A stretch of 64,000 bases of DNA from Octopus bimaculoides (GCF_001194135.2 NC_068997.1:39072150-39136149), one strand, 5' to 3'. Positions 36,500 through 50,109 are shown, counted from the stretch's first letter. Numbers and translations are program-made. Notes: generated by a model from the letters alone, not told the origin.

Positions 36500-38260
36500 G
36501 AAAGTGCACCGGACCTTAAACTCCTTACAACCTTAGAGGGACCTGCCACATCCTGGTCATGACATTTAGATACCTCTCTGCTGCCACAGTCTATTTTACT
36601 GTTTGCATTTCAATCTGTACCTTCTTGCGTGGTCAAGGTGCTCCAGAGCTAAAGTACCTTGGATGTTGTAACCACTTCAGGGAAAGACACCCGCTGATCG
36701 AACGGAAAATTATGCCTTCTGAATGCACTTTCATCCTTGTTCAGATCCAGACGCAGTAATTCTAAGCTGCTTTTTCGATTGTCTCAAGAACTCTATTTTT
36801 CCTTTCCCTGAAATTGAGAGCCATTTCTTGAGCTCGTAGGCAGATTTGTCTTCAAAGCCTCTCAGTCCCATCTCTATAGTAAAGATTTTGGCTTCGAAAC
36901 CAGGTTCTCTTAATCTGATGACTAAATTGCTACATTTTCCAGTCTGGTAGATACGGGTTTCTTCCATTCTGCTTTCGTATGGCGCAGAAAATTCAATCTG
37001 AATATCTAGTTTTTATGAGAGTAAAATAAAATATCCGGCCTAATACCACACTTGGTGATGACTGGGTGATTTTTCCATTCTGAAAAGTATGCTGTGAACT
37101 CCTAATCCCCCACTCCATCTGGTAGACTGGTTCTTTTTTTTTATTCTATTGGCACAACTGTTCTAGGTTACAATCTTTTGCTCCCTACTTTGTAGTACAT
37201 TGATGGAGCCTCTGGTGGTCTCGTCTTCTCTCGCAGTATAAATCACACTCAAGGTCTCTTTAAGCACTTGATTTCATTTCCATGTGTACCTCCCTCGGGC
37301 TAGAGCCATTTTGCACGAATTCAGTTCATGTCTGACAGTTTGTTTTCTGTGGCAGAGTGGCCATGATTAGTTATATATTTCCCCGACTTCAAGTTTATAT
37401 ATGAGGGCAGAAAGTCAGATACATACCTGAGGATGAAGCTGACACTAACAACAGCCATAAGTCATAAGTCATAAGCTACTCCAGCTGAGACTCTCCCACG
37501 TCGTCCAATGTTCCTCTTGGTTCTGTTGAATTGGCTTCGGAATTCTCTTGGTTTCCCTCTTTTACATTTGACTACTACTCCATTGAGTCTAGTCCCCACC
37601 TATTGGTCTGTGTGTGTCTTGTTATTTCTCTAAGCTTGAGGATCGACTTCGCTTTATTCACTGCCTTGTAAACTTGCAATTTTATACCAATTCTTAGCTT
37701 GGGTTAGATGGATCTCACAACCATAATTCAAAAATTCTCAAGCATACACAAAACCTTTCTTGGCCAGCCTTGTACTCCACTCTTACATTCTACGATGGTG
37801 TTTAAGGGTGACTTCTGATTCGTTTGGCGATAATAGAGACACCAAACCGTTTTGTTTTGTATTAATCTTGGCATCCATCATTGCCACTGCGCTTTTTTGC
37901 TTTCCCCTCTTTGTATCATATAGAGAGTTGTAATTCCAGCTTCCAAGGCTGGTTATTCCACCTTATATAGAATGGGTTGTTTGACTATATTGAACAAGAC
38001 TGTAAGACTGTATTCGCTACTTTCCCCTTCCGTAGAGAAAGGCACTTTGACTTTTTGTTTTGAATCTCACTCCTGATGAGGTGACTAACACATGTAACTA
38101 CTTCTGTGTTCTGCGTGTCTTGTCGTTCTTGGTGGAAATTGTTGCAGTGTCATCCATAAAGGCTCTTACGGGTTCATTCCTCTATTGCCAGCACGAGCAA
38201 TATTAGAGAAATGCTTGAGACCATTGTCATATCAACTTCCAAACTGATCTAGTCAACTCT
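36500..38260 (-). mobile_element. HERO-like RLE non-LTR retrotransposon remnant
   Basis: Minus strand VRAFMDDT (RT), RPDIFIL...IEFSAPYESRMEETR (RLE PD-D/ExK) and FEAKIFTIEMGLRGF (the 'VEVGxRGF' signature of HERO-type elements). Confidence 0.75.
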
Positions 38261-38527
38261 GAAATTCTTAATGTATGTAAGAAATAAGTATATATACACA
38301 TATAGATTTAAAACTGTGCCTCATGATTTCTTTTTTCCGTGTTTGGGTTTTAACTGGCCTTTTTAACGTGTAAAGAGTCCTGTCAATGGTCTCCACTTTG
38401 TATATATAAAGATATTTTATACACTCTTATTATACACATACACACACATAGTATGTGTATATATCTTATATAGTAGACTATATGTTTGTATGTGTGCATA
38501 TGCACGCATGGTATATCTATCTATCTA

Positions 38528-38628
<101 letters not shown>

Positions 38629-39199
38629 ATATGTATATGTGTGTGTGTGTTTGTATGTACATATGAATGTACATATGCAGATATATACATGCATATATTT
38701 ATAATATTCATGTGTACGTACACAGACGTGTTATGCGTGCTTTTGCTTTTTGATTATGTGTGCAATTTTACATATATTTATAATCTAAACTGTGATTGGA
38801 GAAGAATACAGTGTTGGTAGAGGTATGGATAAGTAGAGAGTAAAACAGCAATGAGATGAAACAAAGTGAAATGTTGTAGACATGAAGTGATCAGCATGTA
38901 AACGTGAAGTTTGTGAAGTAAGGAACAAAGGGAAGAAGGAAGAGATAGAAAGAAAAGGAAGACTTACGTAGAGTAAATGGCGTGCAGAAATATTTATAAA
39001 GATGTTTCTCGTCACATGTAGGAGGACATATGTGGTACTAGTGGTGGAAGTGGTTGCAGTGGTGATGGCAATGTAGGTGATAGTGATTATTCATGAGATG
39101 AGACGACCGGTGACAAGTGTATTAGAAGTTGGGGGTTAATATTGAGGTTAAAGATAGAGGTAAGCACGGAGGCGAGAAGTGGTATTGGTGTGAACTGTA

Positions 39200-39680
39200 A
39201 GGGTAATGACTGAATAGGTCATAGCTTGATTTAGTTGTGGTAATTACTGAGCTAAGGGCTGGTCAGTATGGAAGCGAATTCGAGAATTACTGTGACAAAT
39301 GCCTCAACCATGAAGTCGGAATATCCATTTGCTACTGACTGGAATATTGGCAACCTGAGAACCTGTTTCACTTATTTCTCACAACGTCCACCACATCACT
39401 ACAAACTATTTCGTTCCGATTAACAGTTTAGTGCAACCAACTCTTTAAACAAAATACTAATTTGCAAAATACCTTATCCGCTGGTCAACCTTACCTGAAA
39501 GTTCAGCTATAATCCAGTGACCTTTCCTACTATTCCTGCGCAAATTTATCATGCCACGACACTTACTACAATTACTATTGCCACACCGTTCTTCCTACTG
39601 CTTCTGCTTCTGATACTACCTATCTTAATCAACTTCAGCTATAAGTACAATTATGCTAGGAACGCTTCCCCGCATCGACA
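39200..39680 (-). mobile_element. LINE (RTE-like) apurinic endonuclease remnant
   Basis: Minus-strand fragments RKNGVAIVI and VILEFA are typical of APE domains. The remnant is highly decayed. Confidence 0.4.
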
Positions 39681-39956
39681 TATATTTGTCCCAAATCTAT
39701 TTATTTTTCTATTTGAAAATGGGAATCAGTTCCAATACATTATACGACTACTAGAAAATACCCTATGTTGTGTAATGCGATATCTTCTCTCTTTCACTTC
39801 AGTTATTGACATCACCTTACATATTTTGTCTAACTTAACTCAGCTTCATTGCTCAAAGGTTTCAATCAGTTATTTCATTATGCACATTGTAATGCTTCAA
39901 GTCTATTACAAAGCTCTTATATCACTGTCTATATTTATTTACATATATGTATATAT

Positions 39957-40042
<86 letters not shown>

Positions 40043-40077
40043 ATATATATATACATATATATGTGTGCATATACGTA

Positions 40078-40109
<32 letters not shown>

Positions 40110-40681
40110 CGATGGAGAGACACAGACAGAAAGTGTTCTACAGTGATGAAGAAAAATGGAAGTAAAAAATGACTGTGACTTAAGTAAGAATGGACGTGTA
40201 TGAGTTAAAGTGAGAAGATGTATTAGAGAGAAAGAGGGACAAAGAGATATGGGGAAGAGGAATATGTAGAAAATATCGAAAGATAGTGATCTTACTTCTC
40301 AAACTAGCTATTTTCACTTCGATAACGAGCATGTTTTTAATCAGGGATGTTATTCTGATTTGTGTTATGTACGAGTAGGTTAAAAATAATGCATCACTAA
40401 TAACGCACACGCACACAGCATCAACAACAACAGCAACAACAACAATAAGACAAAATACTTGAATAACACTCCCAACAAGCTGTTTACAGCTCAGGTTAAA
40501 AAATTGTCTCTCAGTTGCCAAACAAAGTGATAGTAGCTATAAGTTTGATAGAGTAAATCCTTTTTTATTTATAAGATCACCTTGAAAGTGTGCTAGATAA
40601 ATAGACAACGGTTCTTGCTGTTAACGACGCTTAAACGTCAGTCATAAAAAGCATTCGAGCAATACTCAGACATTATTTTAG

Positions 40682-40730
40682 GAATCCGTTACAATAAATT
40701 ATTCGATGAATCCTTTGCTGTCTTAGAAGG
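40682..40730 (+). CDS. Candidate internal exon (GIRYNKLFDESFAVLEG), unidentified
   Basis: ttattttag|...gg|gtatgt. Only one frame is open. No homology recognised. Confidence 0.3.
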
Positions 40731-41748
40731 GTATGTTGTCATTCGAAGGAGATTTTACGACAGCGCAAGAGCTCCTTACTCTATTTTCTATACATTTGGG
40801 GTAGCACGAGGAAGACTCGCTTCCGTTCTAATTTTGTCTCAAACAATCGTGGTGCTGGCATATACGCAATGTGGCTGTGATTTCTGAATTATGACGTGAT
40901 TTTATGATTTTGCAAATTATTCAGAATGTCACTGGGTGATAAAAAATTTCAAAATGATTGTGAACTTAAATATCAAAATGGGCATAATTAATTAAAGCTA
41001 ATCGAAAAATTAAAAACATGGGATCCTTCTAGCTTCTGTTTGTGGAATGTACGGTGTTAACGAAGCAATCTTTCTGAAATCCGTTATTAAATTGCAGTAG
41101 TTTTCTTTGAAAATATAGTGTTGATCGAATGGCACGTGCTTCGGGGAAGTAGAACAGAAAACACATGAGAGTTGGGCATGATTAACAAAGATAGAACCTG
41201 TAAATAAGTAATATGTCCAATAAAGATCTAGTGGTGCTCATGTACGAAGCCTGGAATTGAAATCTTCATCTGAAACTTTGTGGAAACACGAGACTTAATG
41301 TTAAAGCAAGTGGTGGGTGATTGTAAAACTTTAGAAACAAGTTTTGGCATTGTGAACGAGAAAATATTAAAACTTTAAGTCATTTAGAAAATTTCATACC
41401 AAAAATTATTAAAGGGTCTTACTTTATCGCAGGAGAAAAGGCGCCTAAGGGAGGTAATTTTTAATTAAGTGGGAAGCAAAGTTTCTCTTACAAGGAATCA
41501 GCCAAAACTACGGACTGAAGACGCATGTCAAAATGCATGCATTCAGCAGGGGCCGCTCTGAGGCAACTCTGGTGTCTTACACCTTTTTGTCTCAAATGAG
41601 AATATTTTCTCCATTACAAGCTGCAGCGAAAAGCCTTTTACGGGTTCAAATATCGCTCAAGCATATTTGAAGTAGTATTAAATATATTTACTCTCACTCA
41701 TCTACTTAGGAACACAGACACAGACACACACACACAGACACACACACA

Positions 41749-41784
<36 letters not shown>

Positions 41785-42949
41785 ACACACATGCACACAC
41801 ATATCATATATAGACATATACACATATATCTATTACTTTTACATACATACGTATACACACATACACACACATGCACACACACACAAACACATATATATAC
41901 ACAAACCGCACACACTCACACACATATGTTGCATTTATGTTGGTATATACATATACACAATACATATCTACATACATATGTTTGGTGCGTGCGTGCGTGT
42001 GTTTGTGTGTGTGTGTGTGTCATATGCATGCCTTGATATTTACACAATATATATTATGGACAAATAGGTGGGTGTATTATATACACGCATACAAACACGC
42101 ACAAACACACGCACACACACACATTCATACACGCACTCGAACTAACGTGTTCACACTACAAAGTACATTACCATAAAGTAGCCATTACGTAAAATTTGTA
42201 TTCATATAATTAAGGTTTCCTTTGCAGAACTAAAACTTTGTTTTCAGAAGGGAAATTTATGAATTTCAAATCTAAGATGTGAATCTAAATAATAACTACC
42301 ATATGTTGCCCTTCTGTATCTTACCAGGTATATGCCTAATTCTATGAAACTCGACTACTATAAGTGCTCAGTTAGGATTACTTATAATGCACGAAGAATA
42401 GGGGTAAAATTATATTCTTTGTGTAAGTAATTTTACTGTTCCTGCGATGGTAGCGTTTTACAACTTCAGAGAAAGATAAGATTCTGAATTCTTCGAAATT
42501 ATCCGTTATTATCTCAAACTGACAGCATGTCTATGTGGATATTGTCAATATCCTCTCAGTAAAGGAATACAGCTTAACGAGACATTAATTTAGCCGACGA
42601 ATTAGATGTTAGTGAAAGGTTTATTAAAGAGTTTTATGCAGAAATTCATCGAAATATTGCAGATAATATCTAGTTTATTTGCTTTGAAAGTATCGCAAAT
42701 CATTATAGAGTTGTGGCTTTAAAAGTTAATAAGAAGTCAATATTTATGGTATGTAAAGCGATGTAGAAACATATTTTAGTATTTACAAACACACACACAC
42801 ACAAGCACGCACACACAAACACGCACACACGCGCGCGCACACGCGCGCGCACACACACAAACGCATATATTTTCATGTGTGTGAGGAGTGGGCTTGTAGT
42901 TCTACACGTGTGTTTGTTTGTGTGTTATCATGCGTATATAAATAGAAGT

Positions 42950-42984
<35 letters not shown>

Positions 42985-43724
42985 NNNNNNNNNNNNNNNN
43001 NNNNNNNNNNNNNNNNNNNNNNNNNNNNNNNNNNNNNNNNNNNNNNNNNNNNNNNNNNNNNNNNNNNNNNNNNNNNNNNNNNNNNNNNNNNNNNNNNNNN
43101 NNNNNNNNNNNNNNNNNNNNNNNNNNNNNNNNNNNNNNNNNNNNNNNNNNNATTTATATATATGTGCTTGTGTGCGTGTATATATATATATATATATATA
43201 CACGCACACAAGCACATATATATGTGTATGTGTGTGTGTGTGTGTATGTGTGTGTTCTTGTGCGTTTGTGTGCATGTATCGAGTGTCGAACAAAAATGCT
43301 GTGAAGAGGTTCAAACATGTACACATGCGTATTAATAGATGCAAGTCACATATTCTACGGCAGATTCTGATGAATATTTATGTATATATGTTTATGAAAT
43401 GTGTATTTTCTATGCAATCAAAATTATATGTCACATCTTTAAATGATAAACTAAAGCAAATAATTATTTTGGATACTATATACATATATCCGTTACATAT
43501 ATACAGTCTTACCTACATATGTACATACATACACACACACAAATTCATATATGTGTGCTTATCGTACCATGCTTATTCAACTCTGAAAGAAATATTTTAA
43601 ACTCCTGTCCTAACACCTAACCGCAGCCATCTATTTCGTATTAACATATATTTATACCGCATACAACCAACATTATATGCATGCATGTGATTATATTTTG
43701 CTGTACAAATACCATTCCATATTA

Positions 43725-43793
<69 letters not shown>

Positions 43794-44066
43794 CTGTTAT
43801 ATATACATGTGTTTATTCATATATATATATATTTATATATACGTGTGTATGTGTGTATGTATTTATGTATATATGTATGTATGTATGTGTATTCGAATAA
43901 TTATGAATAGAGAAGTGTGTGTAAGTAGTTGCAATGGACAGAGAGTATTAATAAAGTTTATAACTGAATAGAAATGGCAGCAGGAACAAAAAACATGAAC
44001 GTACACTTTGATTAAACAGTATAGAGCTCGCTATATTTAAAGATTTGCCCCACACTNNNNNNNNNN

Positions 44067-44099
<33 letters not shown>

Positions 44100-44387
44100 T
44101 GTACGTGTGCGTGTGTAAGTGTGTGTGCGCGCGTGTATGTATACATGTACGTGTATGCCTATGTCAATACATTATATATATATTATATATACATACCGAC
44201 ATACGTACATACACACACATACACACACACATATATATGTATGTATGTATGTATATATATTACAGATGTGTTTGGAAATCACACTAACCTCTATGAAAAT
44301 GAAAATACAAATTCTATTTATTTTCTTTAATAACATTATCTTTGAACATTGAAAAGAAAAAATCTTTCCAATTATGCTTCATTCAAG

Positions 44388-44484
44388 CCAGAACTTATAT
44401 TCATGCAAGGATGGCAGAGAAGCAGAGAGAAACATCATTACAGCCGTTCTTTTAAATGAAGGCATCTCATTTAATTCACTTGAG
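44388..44484 (+). CDS. Candidate internal exon (QNLYSCKDGREAERNIITAVLLNEGISFNSLE), unidentified
   Basis: Strong donor gag|gtgaga, acceptor at ttcaag| or ccag|. One frame is open. Confidence 0.3.
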
Positions 44485-45127
44485 GTGAGAATGATAATTT
44501 AATATAAAAGATTACTTTATGATTTCTTTCAAAATAATCCTCAATGGATAGTCTGATTTCCAAAATCTTCCGCCAATATTTTCTCTTAGTTACTTAGTTT
44601 AAACATACTGTTATCTATTTATTTGCTTTTCACTGTGTTTGTGTTTTGTTAAAATGTGAGAACTTTTGAAATTGATATAAAAATAATTCGGTTGAAATAT
44701 ACTGATCACTATAACTTAAATATATTTTATGATTAATTAAATTTTAGTGACAGTATTTAATTACAGTTCAACGCCGATAGAGTTCAATTTCAAATTAATA
44801 GACTATTGACCAATGACCAAAAGGGTTCGAAAACAAAACATAAATGATAAATATCAAATAAAAATAGCCACTAACAAAGGTATTTATGCGGGGAATAAAT
44901 TTAAAACTCAGGTAGAATAACGAAATTGAAAGAGAGAAAGGGAATTATGTACCCCCTAATATTCGTATTTTGCTGATTGAAGCGACTTCAAGGATAACAC
45001 AAGGAGCGTCGGATTATGCCAATTGGCGGAAATTTTCTCAAATTATATTTTGTAAGTAAGAAAATTTTATGGGAATAAAGTTAGTACTAAATTTTATTCA
45101 TATACACGTAACATTTATACATATAGA

Positions 45128-45204
45128 GAGTAATCTCTCGCCATATCGCGGGGGGGGGAGGGGGTTTGGAACGCAATACCCGCAATAGTCGAGGGATTAC
45201 TGTA
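45128..45204. mobile_element. Miniature pogo/Tigger-like MITE (~77 bp)
   Basis: Left gagtaatctctcgccatatcgcgg; right ccgcaatagtcgagggattactgTA (rc TAcagtaatccctcgactattgcgg). These match the cagtaatccctcg-type TIR. Confidence 0.6.
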
Positions 45205-45253
45205 CATATATATATATGCATATGTATGGAGATATATGTGTGTATATATACAC

Positions 45254-45303
<50 letters not shown>

Positions 45304-45718
45304 TTATGATAGCATACAGAAAGCAGGTATGATATTGAATGCTCTATAGAACAAACACGCGTTTCAGGAAAATGCTTAATAATTGCATAATAGTTATAGA
45401 AGCGTTAAGCAAATTTATATAACGGTGGTATAAACATTATACAATAAAGTTTCATCGCGGAACTTAATGAAGTGCGGTGCTTGATTGCATACTATTTCTA
45501 CAACTATTATGTAATTATTAGGGAATTTGACTGAGATGCGTGTATGTTCTAGAGAGCATTGAATACTGTACTATTTTTCATAATGCTATTACAATTTCTA
45601 TCATTTGGATTGTAATCTGCATACCAGCCTATCCCAAGGTTGACACTGGAGTGGGGTATGGAAACCAGTACTGTGCTCGATCTTTGGTCACATGTTGGTT
45701 TCACAGTGCCTTTTTTTG

Positions 45719-45772
<54 letters not shown>

Positions 45773-46387
45773 NNNNNNNNNNNNNNNNNNNNNNNNNNNN
45801 NNNNNNNNNNNNNNNNNNNNNNNNNNNNNNNNNNNNNNNNNNNNNNNNNNNNNNNNNNNNNNNNNNNNNNNNNNNNNNNNNNNNNNNNNNNNNNNNNNNN
45901 NNNNNNNNNNNNNNNNNNNNNNNNNNNNNNNNNNNNNNNNNNNNNNNNNNNNNNNNNNNNNNNNNNNNNNNNNNNNNNNNNNNNNNNNNNNNNNNNNNNN
46001 NNNNNNNNNNNNNNNNNNNNNNNNNNNNNNNNNNNNNNNNNNNNNNNNNNNNNNNNNNNNNNNNNNNNNNNNNNNNNNNNNNNNNNNNNNNNNNNNNNNN
46101 NNNNNNNNNNNNNNNNNNNNNNNNNNNNNNNNNNNNNNNNNNNNNNNNNNNNNNNNNNNNNNNNNNNNNNNNNNNNNNNNNNNNNNNNNNNNNNNNNNNN
46201 NNNNNNNNNNNNNNNNNNNNNNNNNNNNNNNNNNNNNNNNNNNNNNNNNNNNNNNNNNNNNNNNNNNNNNNNNNNNNNNNNNNNNNNNNNNNNNNNNNNN
46301 NNNNNNNNNNNNNNNNNNNNNNNNNNNNNNNNNNNNNNNNNNNNNNNNNNNNNNNNNNNNNNNNNNNNNNNNNNNNNNNNNNNNNNN

Positions 46388-46457
<70 letters not shown>

Positions 46458-46544
46458 GGAGAGAGAGAGAAAAAGTGAGTGAGTGAGTGAGTGAGAGAGT
46501 GAGTGAGAGAGAGACGGATAGATTTAAAACATTGCACACACGAA

Positions 46545-46762
46545 TCTATTTATATATTGGTTTCAAAGTTTGGGACAAGTCCAGCAATTTCATGGGAGGT
46601 GGCAAGTCGATTCCATCGACTCCAGGACTTATTTTATCGACCTCGAAAGGATGAAAAGCAAAGTCGACCTCGGCATCATTTGAACTCAGAGCCCAAAGAC
46701 GGACGAAACGCTGCTAAGCATTTTGACCGACGCGGTAACGATTCTGTCAGCTCTCTGACTTA
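46545..46762 (-). mobile_element. SINE family B
   Basis: Contains the rc of the family core. Confidence 0.85.
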
Positions 46763-47537
46763 AAATATTCTTATATTGACATAAAAATACATACAAGGAT
46801 AATGTTAGTAGAATAAAGACTATCTTTATATGCAAGTCATTAGTAAATCTCAAAGAAACCTAAATACTTCTTACTTATGGATTACTGCTGGGATATGTTC
46901 ATCTTGCACCCATTATTATAACGTGTATTTAACACAGGATGTTTATGAAAAGATTGTCTCTCAGGCAAAAACCACATCAGCATACCTGACGACACGTATA
47001 TACAATAAGTATGACATATAGATGATTATACAAACATATCGTTTTAGGTTAAACTCACCTTCATACAAAATTGATGTATAGAGTTAGTCATGATTGTTAC
47101 TTATTCTCTTTTCCTCTCCCTGAAACTCTGAACTTCTCTGCGAAATATAAAGATTTGTTGAGAAATAACGGTCAGCTTGTAGTAGAAAATCTACGATAAT
47201 TCAATTGCAATTAGACTATAATTTGTTAAGCCTACGCTGTGGACTGCAAGCATATGAGAATACATCTTGTTGTTTATTCGTACAGAAAAATAAAGAGATT
47301 GTCTTACGATATTTTATGGATGACAAGCAACGTTATCTCAATTTGTCACTGGTTCTTAGTCAAAATGGCTAGACTATTTTGCATATCCGGTATTTGTCGA
47401 CGGCGTGATTAAATACACAATAAATCTTTTATGCATATAATTGGAAAAATCTAACATAAATTAATTGTAGTTATACAACAATTTGTTACACCTATTCTGT
47501 AGAAGATAAAAATACATCATATTTTTCCCCCTACAAA

Positions 47538-47725
47538 AGGCGACAAGCTGGCAGAGTCGTTAACATGCCGAGCGAAATGCTTTATGCTCTGAGTTCTGAT
47601 TCCGCCGAGGTTGACTTTGCTTTTCGTCCTTTCGAGGTCGATAAATTAATTACCAGTCGAGCACTGGGCTCAATGTGATCGGCTGGCTTCCTTCCCCAAA
47701 ATTTGTGTCTATAGTAGAGAAGATT
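47538..47725 (+). mobile_element. SINE family B
   Basis: ggcgacaagctggcagagtcgttaacatgccg...gaggttgactttgcttttcgtcctttcgaggtcgataaatt. Confidence 0.85.
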
Positions 47726-47811
47726 ATTCCCCTTGCAAATAGAATAAGAAAACACACACAAGCACACGTTCTAGTCTCAGACGGTATAGTTTGACTATGT
47801 TGGGACATCAT

Positions 47812-47849
<38 letters not shown>

Positions 47850-47854
<5 letters not shown>

Positions 47855-48400
47855 CCATTCATTCATCTTTTCTGTCGAATATTCCTAGGATAGTAGGGCC
47901 GGGGAAGAGTAAAGTCCTCAGGCAGCACCTCCATACAATCGTTGGATCCGAACAGGTACAATCGTCATTAGATTTTCCAACTGGATTCCCAAGCGACACC
48001 TACCGAGACTGTGGATACAATGCAACCGTCTCGTTGTTGGTCTATCCCTAGGCCTCCTGTCGATTGGCTCGGTTTGAAGAATCCGTTTTGCGATCTTTCC
48101 CTCCGACATTCCGTGGTTATGAAATTCTCAATACATAGAAACAGTGGCTCGATGTGGGGAGACATGCTGGTCCCCGTGCTGCGCATCCTGTCCAGTAACG
48201 TTATTCTAAAGATTTTTCGAATGAACACCACTTGTATTCGTGATTGCACTTCGACTGATGTAGTGAGTGCATTTCTTTACAAGCACATGCAACTCTTCGC
48301 TTCAAGTCAGTCTCCTGTTTCCCAACACTTGTGAATACAGTCTCGGGATTCTTAAATTTCTCTACTTGTCTCCGTGATATTTCTTTAACATGAAGAGTTC
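47850..48400 (-). mobile_element. RTE LINE 3' remnant
   Basis: Minus-strand IRKIFRITLLDRMRST and IAKRILQTEPIDRRPRDRPTTR match the RTE C-terminus. Confidence 0.75.
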
Positions 48401-48449
48401 ACTGGAAGGACATATATATNNNNNNNNNNATATATATATATATATATAT

Positions 48450-48871
48450 ATCGTAAAATATATTTGCTGATTAAATGTGACGGTCCCATAGATAGAGGAC
48501 GATGTTAGTGTTGTTTTTAGCCCCAGGAAGAGATCTCCTCCAGCTGGCTAACGACTCACTGTGTCCCATTAGCATCGCTCCCATCTCTAACCTTACGTGA
48601 TACACACAGACCCGTGTTTCTGTGTAGTTACCCGTCTTCAGTGTGTGATAATTAGACACTGAAGAGGGGTAATTACTTACAAACCCGGATCTGTGTGTAT
48701 CATGTAAGGCTAGAGATGAGAGCGATGACCTCCTGTCGCAAAGACTAATCGGAAACAGACTGTGTCGTTAGCTAGCTGAAGGAGATGTCTTCCTGGGGCT
48801 AAAAACAACAATTACATCGTCATCGTCCTCTATTGGACCGCCACATTTAGTTGGCAAATATATTTTACGAT
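48450..48871. repeat. Long foldback inverted repeat (~200-bp arms, 11-nt loop)
   Basis: atcgtaaaatatatttgc...gtcttcagtgt [gtgataattag] acactgaagag...gcaaatatattttacgat. Confidence 0.9.
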
Positions 48872-49834
48872 TCCGTACAGTCAGTGTTTACCTCTTGCTC
48901 AGAGATTTATTATATCCTATATATATATATATATATATATACATGTGTGTTTGTATGTGTGTGTTATGTGTATGCTAATGTGAAATGCGTTGACATATAT
49001 GTGATTTTAAAAATCCTATTTTACATCCGAATAGAAATTTTACCTGAAAATATGCACATAGAGTACGTTTTCTTACTTTAGTGGCATTGCAAAACATCTG
49101 TTATAAGTGCTTTATGCCTATTTCTTCATTTCCGAGATAAAAATTTTGTTGTCAGAGAAGATAAATTGAAAAACCAAACTTATCGAATGATATTCCATTT
49201 ACATTAACTTTCAATTTATTTAGTTTCGCATGTAACAATGAAAAAAAATGTATGATGCGTTTATAAATGGCCTGTATAGCGTTTCATTAATGCCAATGGA
49301 TGTAGGCTGAACGCAGTTTCAGTCTGGGTGAGTTTATTAGGTATGCCTTGGGGACCCGGTTAGCTCGGAGAATCTGCGTGGAATAGATTAGATGTAACAC
49401 CAGTAAAACTAATGTAGACGCAGTTAAATCCATTGGAAGTAACTGAACTGAGATGTATACCTAGGGAGTTAGGGGCTGGGATTTGAAGGTAAACATTCAT
49501 TGGAGGTTGTAGACCGGATAAGCTATATATTACAACAGTCATGTAGCGGCAATAAAGGTAGCTAGAGAAATGGTTATGCATTTGTTCAATGCATCAGAAG
49601 ACAGACGAGTGAAAAAAGAAATTTTAATAAATAATGGCGAAGAAAATGGTATATAAAATATGGACAATAGCTTTCCATAGCGACTTCCTTCTGAAACAAC
49701 TTAACAGGAAATGCCAATGTATGTATGTATGTATGTATGTATGTATGTATGTATGTATGTATGTATGTATGCATGTATGTATGTATGCATGTGTGTGTGT
49801 GAGTAGGTATGGTTGTATATGACTTTCTCACTCA

Positions 49835-49868
<34 letters not shown>

Positions 49869-50109
49869 NNNNNNNNNNNNNNNNNNNNNNNNNNNNNNNN
49901 NNNNNNNNNNNNNNNNNNNNNNNNNNNNNNNNNNNNNNNNNNNNNNNNNNNNNNNNNNNNNNNNNNNNNNNNNNNNNNNNNNNNNNNNNNNNNNNNNNNN
50001 NNNNNNNNNNNNNNNNNNNNNNNNNNNNNNNNNNNNNNNNNNNNNNNNNNNNNNNNNNNNNNNNNNNNNNNNNNNNNNNNNNNNNNNNNNNNNNNNNNNN
50101 NNNNNNNNN

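Noticed and set aside
47130-47380. ~65-codon open frame ending KNKEIVLRYFMDDKQRY
   Set aside because: No RT context around FMDD, no homology, and within chance expectation.
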